Below are positions 1 through 8,682 of a stretch of DNA of 40,430 nucleotides, piece after piece. The stretch's first letter is position 1. Each line of letters opens with the position of its first letter. The stretch is from a bacterium. GTDB taxonomy: Bacteria > Elusimicrobiota > Elusimicrobia > UBA1565. The stretch spans positions 1-40,430 of the forward strand of contig SCTT01000025.1 in the NCBI GenBank assembly GCA_004322435.1, read 5' to 3'. The notes under the pieces are model-generated. The model saw nothing but the letters and a program-made list of their open reading frames with translations, had not been told where the DNA came from and did not search any database. A program made the translations under genes and the position numbers.

Positions 1-13
1 GCTCTTCCGATCT
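1..13. other. Illumina adapter remnant at the contig edge (technical artefact)
   Basis: Bases 1-13 read GCTCTTCCGATCT, the exact reverse complement of AGATCGGAAGAGC, the common Illumina adapter core. Confidence 0.8.
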
Positions 14-48
14 CCTACGTCAAGGAACGCTCCGGGCTCCGGCAGACC

Positions 49-1521
49 TTGAACGACGGCTTCACCTACCTGGTGCTCGGCGCCCTCCACCGGGTCACGG
101 GAGACATGAACGCGACCTGGCTCGCGGCGCGCTGGCTCTCCTGCCTGTCCTGGTTCGTGCTCGTCTTCCTCATCGCCCGCCGGGCCGGCGTCCCGGAGGC
201 CGCGGCCCTCTTCGCGGCCGCCTTCGTCGTCTGCTTCAGCTACGTGCTGACCCTCCTTTTCGTCGGGGCGCTGTCCTGGCGCGGGCCGCCGCTGACGGTC
301 CTCGCCAAGGACGTCTGGACGCTCCTGAGCTTCGGCCGGACCGAGGGCGTGCTGCGCATCCCCCGCCCCGGGGTCACCTACGCCTTCTCCTTTGCGGCCG
401 CGCTGGCGGCGACCGCCGCCGCCGAGCGCCGCCGGCCCTGGGCCACCGCCGGGGCGGCCCTCCTGGGGGCGCTCCTGCCCTACGTGCGCCTGGACGTCTG
501 GACCACGCACGTCATCGCGGCGGGCGCCTTCGCCGCGGCGCGCGGGTTGCGGTCTCGCCTCCCGCCCTGGCACGAGGCGGCGGTGTTCCTCGCCGCGGGC
601 GTCGGCGGCCTGCCTCTCGTGCTCGCCAACATGCCGACCGACCCGGACCTCCTGATGCGCAACGGCATCCCGTTCAGCCGCCAGTTCGACCTCTGGTCGC
701 TGCCCTACCTCGCGCTGTTCCTGCACGCCGCGTGGCGCGCGCGCACGCCGATGCAGCTCTTCTTGGGCTGCCTCTCCTTCGGGACGTTCTTGATGGTGAA
801 CCTGGAGCTCGTCACCGGCTTCCGGCTCCAGCCCGAGCACTGGAAGTACTTCGGGAACATCTACGCGGCGCTCTACCTCTTCGCGCTCCTGCCGCACCGC
901 TGGACCGCCCCCCGCGCGCCCTGGCTGGCCGCGGCCGTCCTCGCCGCCGGCGTCGCCTGCCTGCAGGGCCTGGCCTACGCGGCCATCCACTACCCCTTCC
1001 AGGGCCTCCCGCGCGGCCACGACGAGGCCCTGCGCTGGCTCAAGGCCAACGCCGCGCCCGAGAGCGTCGTGCTGGCCTTGAACCCCGAGGTCGTCGGGCT
1101 CGTGCCGGTGTTCACGCGCTCGAAGACCTCGCTCGCCTTCGCGCTGCCCATCGTCTCGGACATCCCGACCGCCGAGAACGCCGCGCGGCTCGCGGGGGCG
1201 CTCGAGTTCTTCGGCGTCGACCGCGAGCGCTTCACGCGCGAGTGCGTGTACAACGACGACCGCGGCGACCGGCGCGAGCTCGTCGCCGGCGGCCTCGCGC
1301 GCGGCACGCTCGAGCGCGGGTCGGTCAAATTCCTCGTGTTCTTCCTGAGCCCGATGGAGCGCGTGAAGGCGCTCTGGGTGGATGCGTCCCCGGCCCTGCC
1401 GGAGCCCGACTACGTGTGGGTGGGCGCCTTCGAGAGAGACTACCTGCCCAAGGGGTTCGTCCGGCCCGGCTGGACGCCGGCGTACACCTCGCCGACGGTC
1501 ACCATCTACAAGAAGGGCTAG
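49..1521 (+). CDS. Polytopic integral membrane protein with a C-terminal soluble domain, possibly a GT-C/ArnT-like glycosyltransferase; probably 5'-truncated
   Basis: There are many hydrophobic helices and a soluble tail of about 150 aa. The frame is open back to base 1 and the track start is TTG, so the true N-terminus probably lies off the contig. The family assignment is weak. Confidence 0.6.
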   Translation: MNDGFTYLVLGALHRVTGDMNATWLAARWLSCLSWFVLVFLIARRAGVPEAAALFAAAFVVCFSYVLTLLFVGALSWRGPPLTVLAKDVWTLLSFGRTEGVLRIPRPGVTYAFSFAAALAATAAAERRRPWATAGAALLGALLPYVRLDVWTTHVIAAGAFAAARGLRSRLPPWHEAAVFLAAGVGGLPLVLANMPTDPDLLMRNGIPFSRQFDLWSLPYLALFLHAAWRARTPMQLFLGCLSFGTFLMVNLELVTGFRLQPEHWKYFGNIYAALYLFALLPHRWTAPRAPWLAAAVLAAGVACLQGLAYAAIHYPFQGLPRGHDEALRWLKANAAPESVVLALNPEVVGLVPVFTRSKTSLAFALPIVSDIPTAENAARLAGALEFFGVDRERFTRECVYNDDRGDRRELVAGGLARGTLERGSVKFLVFFLSPMERVKALWVDASPALPEPDYVWVGAFERDYLPKGFVRPGWTPAYTSPTVTIYKKG

Positions 1522-1528
1522 AAAGACC

Positions 1529-1591
1529 GGTGTCAGTGTTTCGGAACTTTCGGAATTCCCCTACTTCCGAAACTTCCGAAACACTGACACC
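1529..1591. terminator. 27-bp-stem hairpin between convergent genes (putative bidirectional terminator)
   Basis: The left arm (1529-1555, GGTGTCAGTGTTTCGGAACTTTCGGAA) pairs with the right arm (1565-1591, TTCCGAAACTTCCGAAACACTGACACC) with one mismatch and a 9-nt loop. It sits between the stop at 1521 and the glpK stop at 1594. There is no clear U-tract. Confidence 0.6.
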
Positions 1592-1593
1592 AA

Positions 1594-3045
1594 CTACTGG
1601 CGCAGCAGGACGGCTAGGGCCGCCTTCCAGGAGTCCCGCATCGCGCGGGCCCGGGCCCGCGGCATGCGCGGCTTGAACTCGCGGGACCGCCGCCCGGCGT
1701 CGGCCTCCGCGCCCCAGAGCCCCGCGGCGCGGCCGGCCAGCTTGGCGGCCCCCCAGGCGGTCGACTCGGCCGACGCCGCGGCCAGCACGGGCACGCCCAG
1801 GAGGTCCGCCTGCAGCTGCATGAGGAAGGCGTTGGCGGTCGCGCCGCCGTCGGCCTTGAGGACCTTGACCCCGCCCATCGCCGAAACGACGTCGGCGGTC
1901 TGATGGGCGACGGCCTCGAGCGTCGCGCGCGCCAGGTGCGCGCGCGTCGTGCCGCGCGTGAGACCGAAGACCGCGCCGCGCACGTCGGGGCGCCAGTGCG
2001 GCGCGCCGAGACCCGCGAAGGCGGGCACGAGCGTGACGCCGGCCGAGTCCGGCACGCTGCGCGCGAGGCGCTCGCTGTCGGCGGCCGACGCGATGATCCC
2101 CAACCCGTCGCGCAGCCACTGCACGGCCGCCCCCGCGGCGAACACGGAGCCCTCGAGCGCGTACGTCTTCTCGCCGCGCGCCCCGCAGGCCAAGGTCTCG
2201 AGCAGGCCCGACGGCGGCGGGCGCCTTCTCGGGCCCAGGTTCGCGACCACGAAGCAGCCGGTGCCGTAGGTGTTCTTGACCTGGCCGGGCCCGTAGCAGG
2301 ATTGGCCGTAGAGCGCGGCCTGCTGGTCGCCGAGCATGGCCGTGATAGGGATGCCCGCCGGCAAGACGCCGCCGGCTGTCAAGCCGAAACGCCCGCCCGA
2401 GGGGAGCGCCTCGGGGAGCATCGCGGCCGGCACGCCGAAGAGATCCAAGAGCCCCGCATCCCAGCGCCCGCGGCCGATGTCGAAGAGCAAGGTCCGCGAG
2501 GCGTTCGTGAGGTCGGTCGCGTGCGCGCGCCCGCCTGTCAGGTTCCACAACAGCCACGAGTCGACCGTCCCGAACAGCGCGTCGCCGCGCCGCGCGCCGG
2601 AGCGCAGGCCGGGCGTCTCGTCTAAGAGCCAGCGGAGCTTGGTGGCCGAGAAGTAGGGGTCGAGGAGGAGTCCCGTCTTGCGGCGCACCGCCGCCTCGAG
2701 CCCGCGCGCCTTAAGGCGCGCGCAGGCCGCCGCCGTCCGCCGGTCCTGCCAGACGACGGCCCGCGCGAGCGGGCGCCCCTGCCGGTCCCAGACGACCGTG
2801 GTCTCGCGCTGGTTCGTGACGCCGACCGCGGCGACGCGGCGCGCGTCGAGCCCCGCGAGCGCGGCCTTGATGACCGTCTGGGCGGAGCGCCAGATCTCGG
2901 CGGCGTCATGCTCGACCCAGCCGGGGCGCGGGAAGTGCTGCGTGAATTCGCGGTAGGCCGAGGCGACGAGCCGGCCGCCCGGGCCGTAGACGAGCGCCCG
3001 GGTGCCGGTCGTACCCTGGTCGAGCGCCAAGACGAGGCCTTTCAC
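1594..3045 (-). CDS. glpK: Glycerol kinase (FGGY carbohydrate kinase family)
   Basis: The N-terminus LALDQGTTGTRALVY...FPRPGWVEHDAAEIW is followed by GVTNQRETTVVWD and GDQQAALYGQ. This is the classic GlpK motif series at about 480 aa. Confidence 0.92.
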   Translation of the reverse strand: MKGLVLALDQGTTGTRALVYGPGGRLVASAYREFTQHFPRPGWVEHDAAEIWRSAQTVIKAALAGLDARRVAAVGVTNQRETTVVWDRQGRPLARAVVWQDRRTAAACARLKARGLEAAVRRKTGLLLDPYFSATKLRWLLDETPGLRSGARRGDALFGTVDSWLLWNLTGGRAHATDLTNASRTLLFDIGRGRWDAGLLDLFGVPAAMLPEALPSGGRFGLTAGGVLPAGIPITAMLGDQQAALYGQSCYGPGQVKNTYGTGCFVVANLGPRRRPPPSGLLETLACGARGEKTYALEGSVFAAGAAVQWLRDGLGIIASAADSERLARSVPDSAGVTLVPAFAGLGAPHWRPDVRGAVFGLTRGTTRAHLARATLEAVAHQTADVVSAMGGVKVLKADGGATANAFLMQLQADLLGVPVLAAASAESTAWGAAKLAGRAAGLWGAEADAGRRSREFKPRMPRARARAMRDSWKAALAVLLRQ

Positions 3046-3070
3046 GGCCTCATCTTAGCAAGGCGGACGG

Positions 3071-3400
3071 TTAAGGCCGCTTGACGAAGAAGATGCGCGG
3101 CTCGGACACCGTCACGGTGCCGTCCTGCTGGCGCGCGCGGGCCACGACCTCGTACTCGCCGTTCTCCAGGGTGTTCCAATCGTGCCACCAGAGCCCGACG
3201 GCCTCGCGGCAGGGGAGCCAGTCGCCCTGATTGATGCAGATGTCGACGGTGACGGCCGCCTCGGGCGCCATGACGCGGAAGGTGTAGTCGGGGCTGACGA
3301 GCGTCTCGCCCTCGATGGGAAACTCGACGCGGATGGGCAACAGACGCTTGAGGAGCGTCTTCTTGATGTTCGCGACGACGTGCTTGGGGCCTTTGGCCAT
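3071..3400 (-). CDS. Small hypothetical protein (beta-sandwich-like)
   Basis: The ORF track starts at 3433. The ATG at 3400 (MAKGPKH...) is preceded by AAGGAGG at a good spacing. I recognised no family. Confidence 0.55.
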   Translation of the reverse strand: MAKGPKHVVANIKKTLLKRLLPIRVEFPIEGETLVSPDYTFRVMAPEAAVTVDICINQGDWLPCREAVGLWWHDWNTLENGEYEVVARARQQDGTVTVSEPRIFFVKRP

Positions 3401-3413
3401 GGCGGGAACCTCC

Positions 3414-4472
3414 TTACGGCACAGAAGTGCCACGCAACGCTCGGGCCAACGCCGGGTCCGAACCGTCCAAGCGCCAGATATAGGCGTCGAGCACGTAATG
3501 GGTGGATTGGGGCAGGGCCAAGAGCGGCACGAGCAGGGCCAGCGCCGCGGGACCTAGGTCCGGCTCGGCGCGCCCCGTCCAGCCGAAGAAGAGGCCCGCG
3601 TGCTCGCGCCAGACGGCCCAGTCCCACAGGCCCTCTTCGCCGTAGGCGAACGCCAGCGGCACGAGCAGGAACACGGCGGCCCAAGCGGCCGCCGGAAGGG
3701 CGGCGGCGCGGCGCGGACGCGGCGCCGTGAGCCAGAGCAGCGCGAAGTACGGGACGCCGTGGGCCAGCACGTTCGTCAAGGTGAAGGCGACGTCCGACTC
3801 GAAGGCGACGATGCCGGTCCACCACGCGGCCGCCGTGCCTACGACGACGAGGAGCCGCCCAGGGTGGAGGCTCTCCCGCCGCGCGCGCACGGCCTGGCGC
3901 AGGACCCAGACCGCGAGCACGACGGCGTAGAGCGACGCCGCCGGCGCCGACAGCGCCGCGGGGAGCGCGGCGAAGTCTCCCGGCACGAACCACTCGAAAG
4001 GCCGCGGCAGGGACGCGTGCCAGTAGACGAGCGGGTAGAGCATCCCGCCGTAGAGCGCCGCGCGGTCGAGAGCGTCGTCGAGCCGCGACGCGCGGCCCTC
4101 GTAGCTCTGATAGAGGCGCAAGAACCCCCACTGCTGGCGGACGAAATGGAAGACCGCGAGGTAGGCGAGGACCCGCCAGAACAGGCCCGGGCCCCCCGCG
4201 CGGTAGAGGAGCGCCCCCGCCGCCCAGCAGGTGAAAGGGACGACGGCGTAGAGGCCGGGCCGGCGGGCGAGCTCCTCCGGGACCAGATAGGTGCGCCACA
4301 GCGTGGACCAGACATGGGCCACGTCCACCCCGACGACCAGGACCAGCCAGCCCCAGGCCGGGACGTCGGGCGCGCGCAAGGCAGGCAGGCCCCAGACCGC
4401 CAGGGCCGCCAGGGCCGGCGGGCCGGCGATTAGGGCCAGGTCGTAGGGAGCCGAGCGCGCCCAGCGGTGCAT
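3414..4472 (-). CDS. Hypothetical polytopic membrane protein with several conserved-looking His motifs
   Basis: There are about 9 hydrophobic segments and motifs HVWSTLWRTY, HFVRQQWGF, HGVPYF and HYVLDAYIW. It lies 13 nt upstream of the small ORF on the same strand. Confidence 0.6.
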   Translation of the reverse strand: MHRWARSAPYDLALIAGPPALAALAVWGLPALRAPDVPAWGWLVLVVGVDVAHVWSTLWRTYLVPEELARRPGLYAVVPFTCWAAGALLYRAGGPGLFWRVLAYLAVFHFVRQQWGFLRLYQSYEGRASRLDDALDRAALYGGMLYPLVYWHASLPRPFEWFVPGDFAALPAALSAPAASLYAVVLAVWVLRQAVRARRESLHPGRLLVVVGTAAAWWTGIVAFESDVAFTLTNVLAHGVPYFALLWLTAPRPRRAAALPAAAWAAVFLLVPLAFAYGEEGLWDWAVWREHAGLFFGWTGRAEPDLGPAALALLVPLLALPQSTHYVLDAYIWRLDGSDPALARALRGTSVP

Positions 4473-4545
4473 CCGGCAATTGTACCAGGCCCCTCTGGGT
4501 CCCTAGGCCCTCCCCCCCGTCGGGAAGGACCCCTATCATCAGGGG

Positions 4546-5493
4546 ATGGCGCTGCCCGTCTGGATCCTAGCCGCCCTGACCGCCTCCGCTCAGCTGCGGG
4601 CGCGGGCCGTCCCCGTCGTCCCGGCCGTCCCGGTCGCCCCGCTCGCGGGGGCCCTGCGCGCCCCCGCCCTGTCCCCCCTCCTTTCGAACCCGGCTCTGCC
4701 GACCGCCGCCCTGCCGACGCCGGTCTCCCTCTCCCCCGTTGGGGAGAGGGCCGGGGTGAGGGGGCCCTCACCCTACCCTCTCCCGCAAAGGCGGGAGAGG
4801 GCGACAACGGCGAACCCGGCGAAGGCCGCCGAAGCCTCGCAGACGATGGAGCGCTTCGGGCCCGCCTTCGCCGAGGAAGCCGCGCTCGCCGCCGAACGCC
4901 TCGCGGGCCGCAACCTCACGGGCGCCGAGCGCGAGGACGCCGTGCAGCGGACCAAGTTCGTGACCGCCAACCTCTGGAAGCGCCTCTTCAACGAGTTCGG
5001 CGTGATGTTCTCCTATCCCGACGGGGTGGCCCGCCCGGACCTCTCGATCGAGCTGACGCGCCGCGACCCGAAGACGCTCCCCGACGAGGAGTCCCACTAC
5101 CGCGCCCTCTTCGCCCACGAGTACACGCACCGCCTGCAGTTCGAGGGCCATGTCACCCGGCGCTTCGGCGTCGAGGCCCCCCCGGTCGCCGTGGAGCTTT
5201 TGCGCGGCATCGAGCTGGTGGGCCTGGACGCCCTCCACGCCGGGAAGATCCCCTTCATCACCGAGAACGTCTTGGGCGCGTTCGCGTCCGGGCGGGCCTG
5301 GGCGCGGGATTTGGCCGCCGGCAAGGCGGTCGACGCCGGCTTCCACTTCAAAGGCGCGATGGCCGGAGCCGCCTGGGAGCTCGCGCAGCGCACGGGACGC
5401 CTCGCCGACGCCTGGGAGTTCGTCCGCCGGGTCTCCTCCGAGCGCTCCCCCGAGGCGCCCGCCGCCGTCTACGCCGACATCGCCGCCCGCTGA
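4546..5493 (+). CDS. Secreted protein with an HExxH motif (putative zinc metallopeptidase-like)
   Basis: A signal-peptide-like N-terminus (MALPVWILAALTASAQ) is followed by a Pro/Ala-rich linker. The motif FAHEYTHRLQFEGH contains HEYTH, which fits HExxH. Confidence 0.6.
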   Translation: MALPVWILAALTASAQLRARAVPVVPAVPVAPLAGALRAPALSPLLSNPALPTAALPTPVSLSPVGERAGVRGPSPYPLPQRRERATTANPAKAAEASQTMERFGPAFAEEAALAAERLAGRNLTGAEREDAVQRTKFVTANLWKRLFNEFGVMFSYPDGVARPDLSIELTRRDPKTLPDEESHYRALFAHEYTHRLQFEGHVTRRFGVEAPPVAVELLRGIELVGLDALHAGKIPFITENVLGAFASGRAWARDLAAGKAVDAGFHFKGAMAGAAWELAQRTGRLADAWEFVRRVSSERSPEAPAAVYADIAAR

Positions 5494-5511
5494 TTTCCTA
5501 ACCTAACGGCC

Positions 5512-7725
5512 ATGCCGGTCATCGCCGCCATCCCCGAGCACGCCGTCCTGCTCTTCCTGGTGCAGTTCGGGGTCATCCTGCTCACGGCGCGCCTGCTGGG
5601 GGAGCTCAGCCAGCGCCTGGGCCAGCCGCCCGTCTTAGGCGAGCTCCTCGGAGGGATGCTGCTGGGCCCCTCGGTCCTCGGCGTCTGGGCGCCCGGCCTC
5701 GAGGGAGCGCTCTTCCCGCCCGACCAGCTCTCCTTCCACCTCCTCGAGCTCGCCAGCTGGCTTGGGATGATCTTCCTCCTCGTCATCGTCGGCCTCGAGG
5801 TCGACGTCCGGGTCGTGCGCAAGCTGGGGAGCTCGGCCTTCAAGGTGACGGCGTTCGGCTTCCTCGTCACCTTCGCCGCCGGCTGGTGGCTGGCCAAGTT
5901 CCTCCCCTCCCATCTGATGGGGCCGCTCAAGGACCGGACCATCCTGGGCGTCTTCATGGGCACGGCGATGTCCATCACCGCCATCCCGGTGCTGGCCAAG
6001 ATCCTCATCGACCTCGGGATGATGAAGCGCAACTTCGCCATCACCGCGCTGGGAGCGGCTCTCGTCGAAGACCTCATCGGCTGGGTCATCCTCTCGGTGG
6101 TGCTCGACATGGCCCGCCACGGCTCGGGCGACCTGGTGACGGCCGGGCGCTCGCTGGCGGTGACCCTGCTCTTCTTGGCCCTGGCCTGGTTCGTCGGCCG
6201 CCCGGTCGTCGTGCGCCTGATGCGCCTGGTGGACGCCCGCCTGCGCCAGCCCCACCGCCGCCTGACGCTGGCCCTCCTCGTCACGCTCGCCTGCGCGGCG
6301 GCGACGCAGTGGATCGGCATCCACGCCGTCTACGGGGCCTTCGTCGCCGGCATCCTCCTCGGCCAGGCCGCCCGCTTCGACGCGGAGGACCGCGAGGCCC
6401 TCGAAGGCCTGGCCTTCGGGGTCTTCACCCCCGTCTTCTTCAGCTTCGCCGGCCTCAAGCTCAACCTCCACGCCCTCCAGGAATGGGACATCCTGCTCAT
6501 CGTCCTGAGCGTCGCCGTCGCCGGCAAGCTGTTCGGCGGCTACGTGGGCGGGCGCCTGGGCGGCTTCTCGCGCGCCGAGTCCGCGGCGCTCGGCGTCGGG
6601 ATGAACGCCCGCGGCGCGATGGAGCTCGTGCTGGCCCTCTTGGGCCTCTCCGCCGGCATCGTGTCGAACCAGCTCTACTCCATCATCGTGATGATGGCGG
6701 TCATCACCACCTTGATGACGCCGCCGCTCTTGCGTGCGCTGGCCCGCTTCATCCCGCTCTCGGCCGACGAGGCCGAGCGCCTCGAGTCCACCGCGCGCGA
6801 GGCGCGCTCCGTGTTCCGCAAGGGGGACTTGAAGGCCCTCCTGCCCACCGCGGGCGGGCCCAGCGCCGCGGGCCTCCTCTCCTTCCTGGGGCCGCTCGCC
6901 GCGGCCAAACGCCTGGACCTCTCGGCCTACATGGTGCGCGAGCCCGGCAAGTCGATGAAGGAGTCTTTGCTGCGCACCCTCGGCTGGGACCCGCTGTCGA
7001 TGGACTATCAGGCCGCGGCGGCGGCCCTGGCGCGCCGCGCCGAGTCCTTCGGCCTGCGCCTCGAGCCCCGCATCGTGACACGCCCGTCGTGCGCGGAGGC
7101 CGTGCTCGCCGAGTCGGAGAAGGGCTACGACCTCATCTTCGTCGGCACGCACCGGGCCGAGGACCCCCTGGGCGGCGCCTTCCTCGCCGAGGTCGTGGCC
7201 GGCAGCCCCTGCCACGTCGCCGTCTACCGCGCGGGCCTCGGCGTGCCGCCGGGCCCCTTCTCGAAGCTCCTGCTGCCCACCAAGGGCGACCCTCTCTTTC
7301 CCTTCGTCCTCGAGTTCGCCTCGCTCTACGCCGAGAGCGTCCCGGAGGCTTCGGTCACCGTGCTCCACGCGGAGCGCGGCCGCCGCTCGAGCTGGAACCC
7401 GTTCTCGCTCCTCCTCCCGGACCCGACCGAGGACGGCGGGATGGCGCCGATGGTCGCCACCGCGCTCTCGGAGCACGCCGCCAAGACCGCCGCCGCGACG
7501 CTGCGCATCGAGCAGAAGACCGTCGCGGGCGACGGTCACGTCGACGCCATCCTGCGCGAGGCCTCGGCCGGGAAATACGACCTGCTCGTGCTGGCGGGGG
7601 TCAAGAGCCTGGTGCGCGAGCGCCTGTTCTTCGGGCACACCGTCCAGGAGATCCTGCGCCGGGCGCCCTGCCCGGTCCTGGTCCTCACCCCGGCGCGCGG
7701 CGGCCACGCCGCGCTGGGACGCTAG
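5512..7725 (+). CDS. CPA2-family cation:proton antiporter fused to C-terminal universal stress protein (USP)-like domains
   Basis: The N-terminus has LLTARLLGELSQRLGQPPVLGELLGGMLLGPSVLG, typical of Kef/NapA-type exchangers, with about 12 TM helices. The C-terminal ~300 aa form two alpha/beta halves that end in HVAVYR and PCPVLVLTP, both USP-like. Confidence 0.85.
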   Translation: MPVIAAIPEHAVLLFLVQFGVILLTARLLGELSQRLGQPPVLGELLGGMLLGPSVLGVWAPGLEGALFPPDQLSFHLLELASWLGMIFLLVIVGLEVDVRVVRKLGSSAFKVTAFGFLVTFAAGWWLAKFLPSHLMGPLKDRTILGVFMGTAMSITAIPVLAKILIDLGMMKRNFAITALGAALVEDLIGWVILSVVLDMARHGSGDLVTAGRSLAVTLLFLALAWFVGRPVVVRLMRLVDARLRQPHRRLTLALLVTLACAAATQWIGIHAVYGAFVAGILLGQAARFDAEDREALEGLAFGVFTPVFFSFAGLKLNLHALQEWDILLIVLSVAVAGKLFGGYVGGRLGGFSRAESAALGVGMNARGAMELVLALLGLSAGIVSNQLYSIIVMMAVITTLMTPPLLRALARFIPLSADEAERLESTAREARSVFRKGDLKALLPTAGGPSAAGLLSFLGPLAAAKRLDLSAYMVREPGKSMKESLLRTLGWDPLSMDYQAAAAALARRAESFGLRLEPRIVTRPSCAEAVLAESEKGYDLIFVGTHRAEDPLGGAFLAEVVAGSPCHVAVYRAGLGVPPGPFSKLLLPTKGDPLFPFVLEFASLYAESVPEASVTVLHAERGRRSSWNPFSLLLPDPTEDGGMAPMVATALSEHAAKTAAATLRIEQKTVAGDGHVDAILREASAGKYDLLVLAGVKSLVRERLFFGHTVQEILRRAPCPVLVLTPARGGHAALGR

Positions 7726-8660
7726 TCGTCCTCGGTCGGGGAGACCGGCCGCTCTTCGCCGCGGGTCAGCATCAAAGACGTGATCACGCCGATCACGAGC
7801 GACGCGAGGATGACGCCCAAGGAGACCTCGACGGGCATGTGGACCTGGTGCGACAGGAGCATCTTGAGCCCCACGAAGGCGAGCACGAAGATGACCGCGG
7901 GCTTGAGATACTTGAAGCGCGCCATCATCCACGCCAGCGCGAAGAACAGCGAGCGCAGGCCCAGGATGGCGAAGATGTTCGACGTGAAGACGATGAAGGG
8001 GTCGGTCGTGATGCCGAAGATGGCCGGGATGGAGTCGACGGCGAAGAGCACGTCGCTCGTCTCGACCACGACCAAGGCCAGGGCCATCGGGGTCAAGTAC
8101 GTGACCCCGTGCTTGACGACGGTGAAGTGGTCGCCGTGGTACTCGTGGGTGACGTGGAAGAAGCGCTTGGCGAGCTTGAGGACCGGGTTGTCCTCGGGAT
8201 GCACCTCCTCGTCGCCGGCCGCGTACATCTTCCACGCCGTGTAGATGAGGAGCGCCCCGAACACGTACATCGTCCAGTCGAACCGGCGCACGAGGGCGGT
8301 GCCCGCGCCGATCATCAGGCCGCGCAGGACCTGGGCCCCGAGGATGCCGTAGAAGAGCAGGCGGTGCTGGTTCTGCGGCGGGACCTGGAAGAACGTGAAG
8401 ATGACCGCGATGACGAAGATGTTGTCCAAGGACAAGGACATCTCGACCAAGTAGCCGGCGAGGTAGTTCATCCCCGCCTCGCGTCCCATGAAATGGAACA
8501 CGCCGACGTCGAAGGCCAAGGACACCGAAACCCACACCGCCGTCCAGGTCAGGGCGCTCTTGAGCGAAGGCGCTTCGACCTTCTTATGGAAGACTCCGAG
8601 GTCCAGCGCCAGGCAGAGCAGGATGAACAGGATGAATCCGACCCAGGCGAGGAGGGGCAT
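7722..8660 (-). CDS. TerC/Alx-family integral membrane protein
   Basis: The N-terminus FILFILLCLALDLGVFHKK and the motifs SLSLDNIFVIAVIF and LFAVDSIPAIFGIT are TerC-family signatures. Confidence 0.85.
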   Translation of the reverse strand: MPLLAWVGFILFILLCLALDLGVFHKKVEAPSLKSALTWTAVWVSVSLAFDVGVFHFMGREAGMNYLAGYLVEMSLSLDNIFVIAVIFTFFQVPPQNQHRLLFYGILGAQVLRGLMIGAGTALVRRFDWTMYVFGALLIYTAWKMYAAGDEEVHPEDNPVLKLAKRFFHVTHEYHGDHFTVVKHGVTYLTPMALALVVVETSDVLFAVDSIPAIFGITTDPFIVFTSNIFAILGLRSLFFALAWMMARFKYLKPAVIFVLAFVGLKMLLSHQVHMPVEVSLGVILASLVIGVITSLMLTRGEERPVSPTEDD

Positions 8661-8682
8661 GAGGGGGGATTCTACCTTAGAG

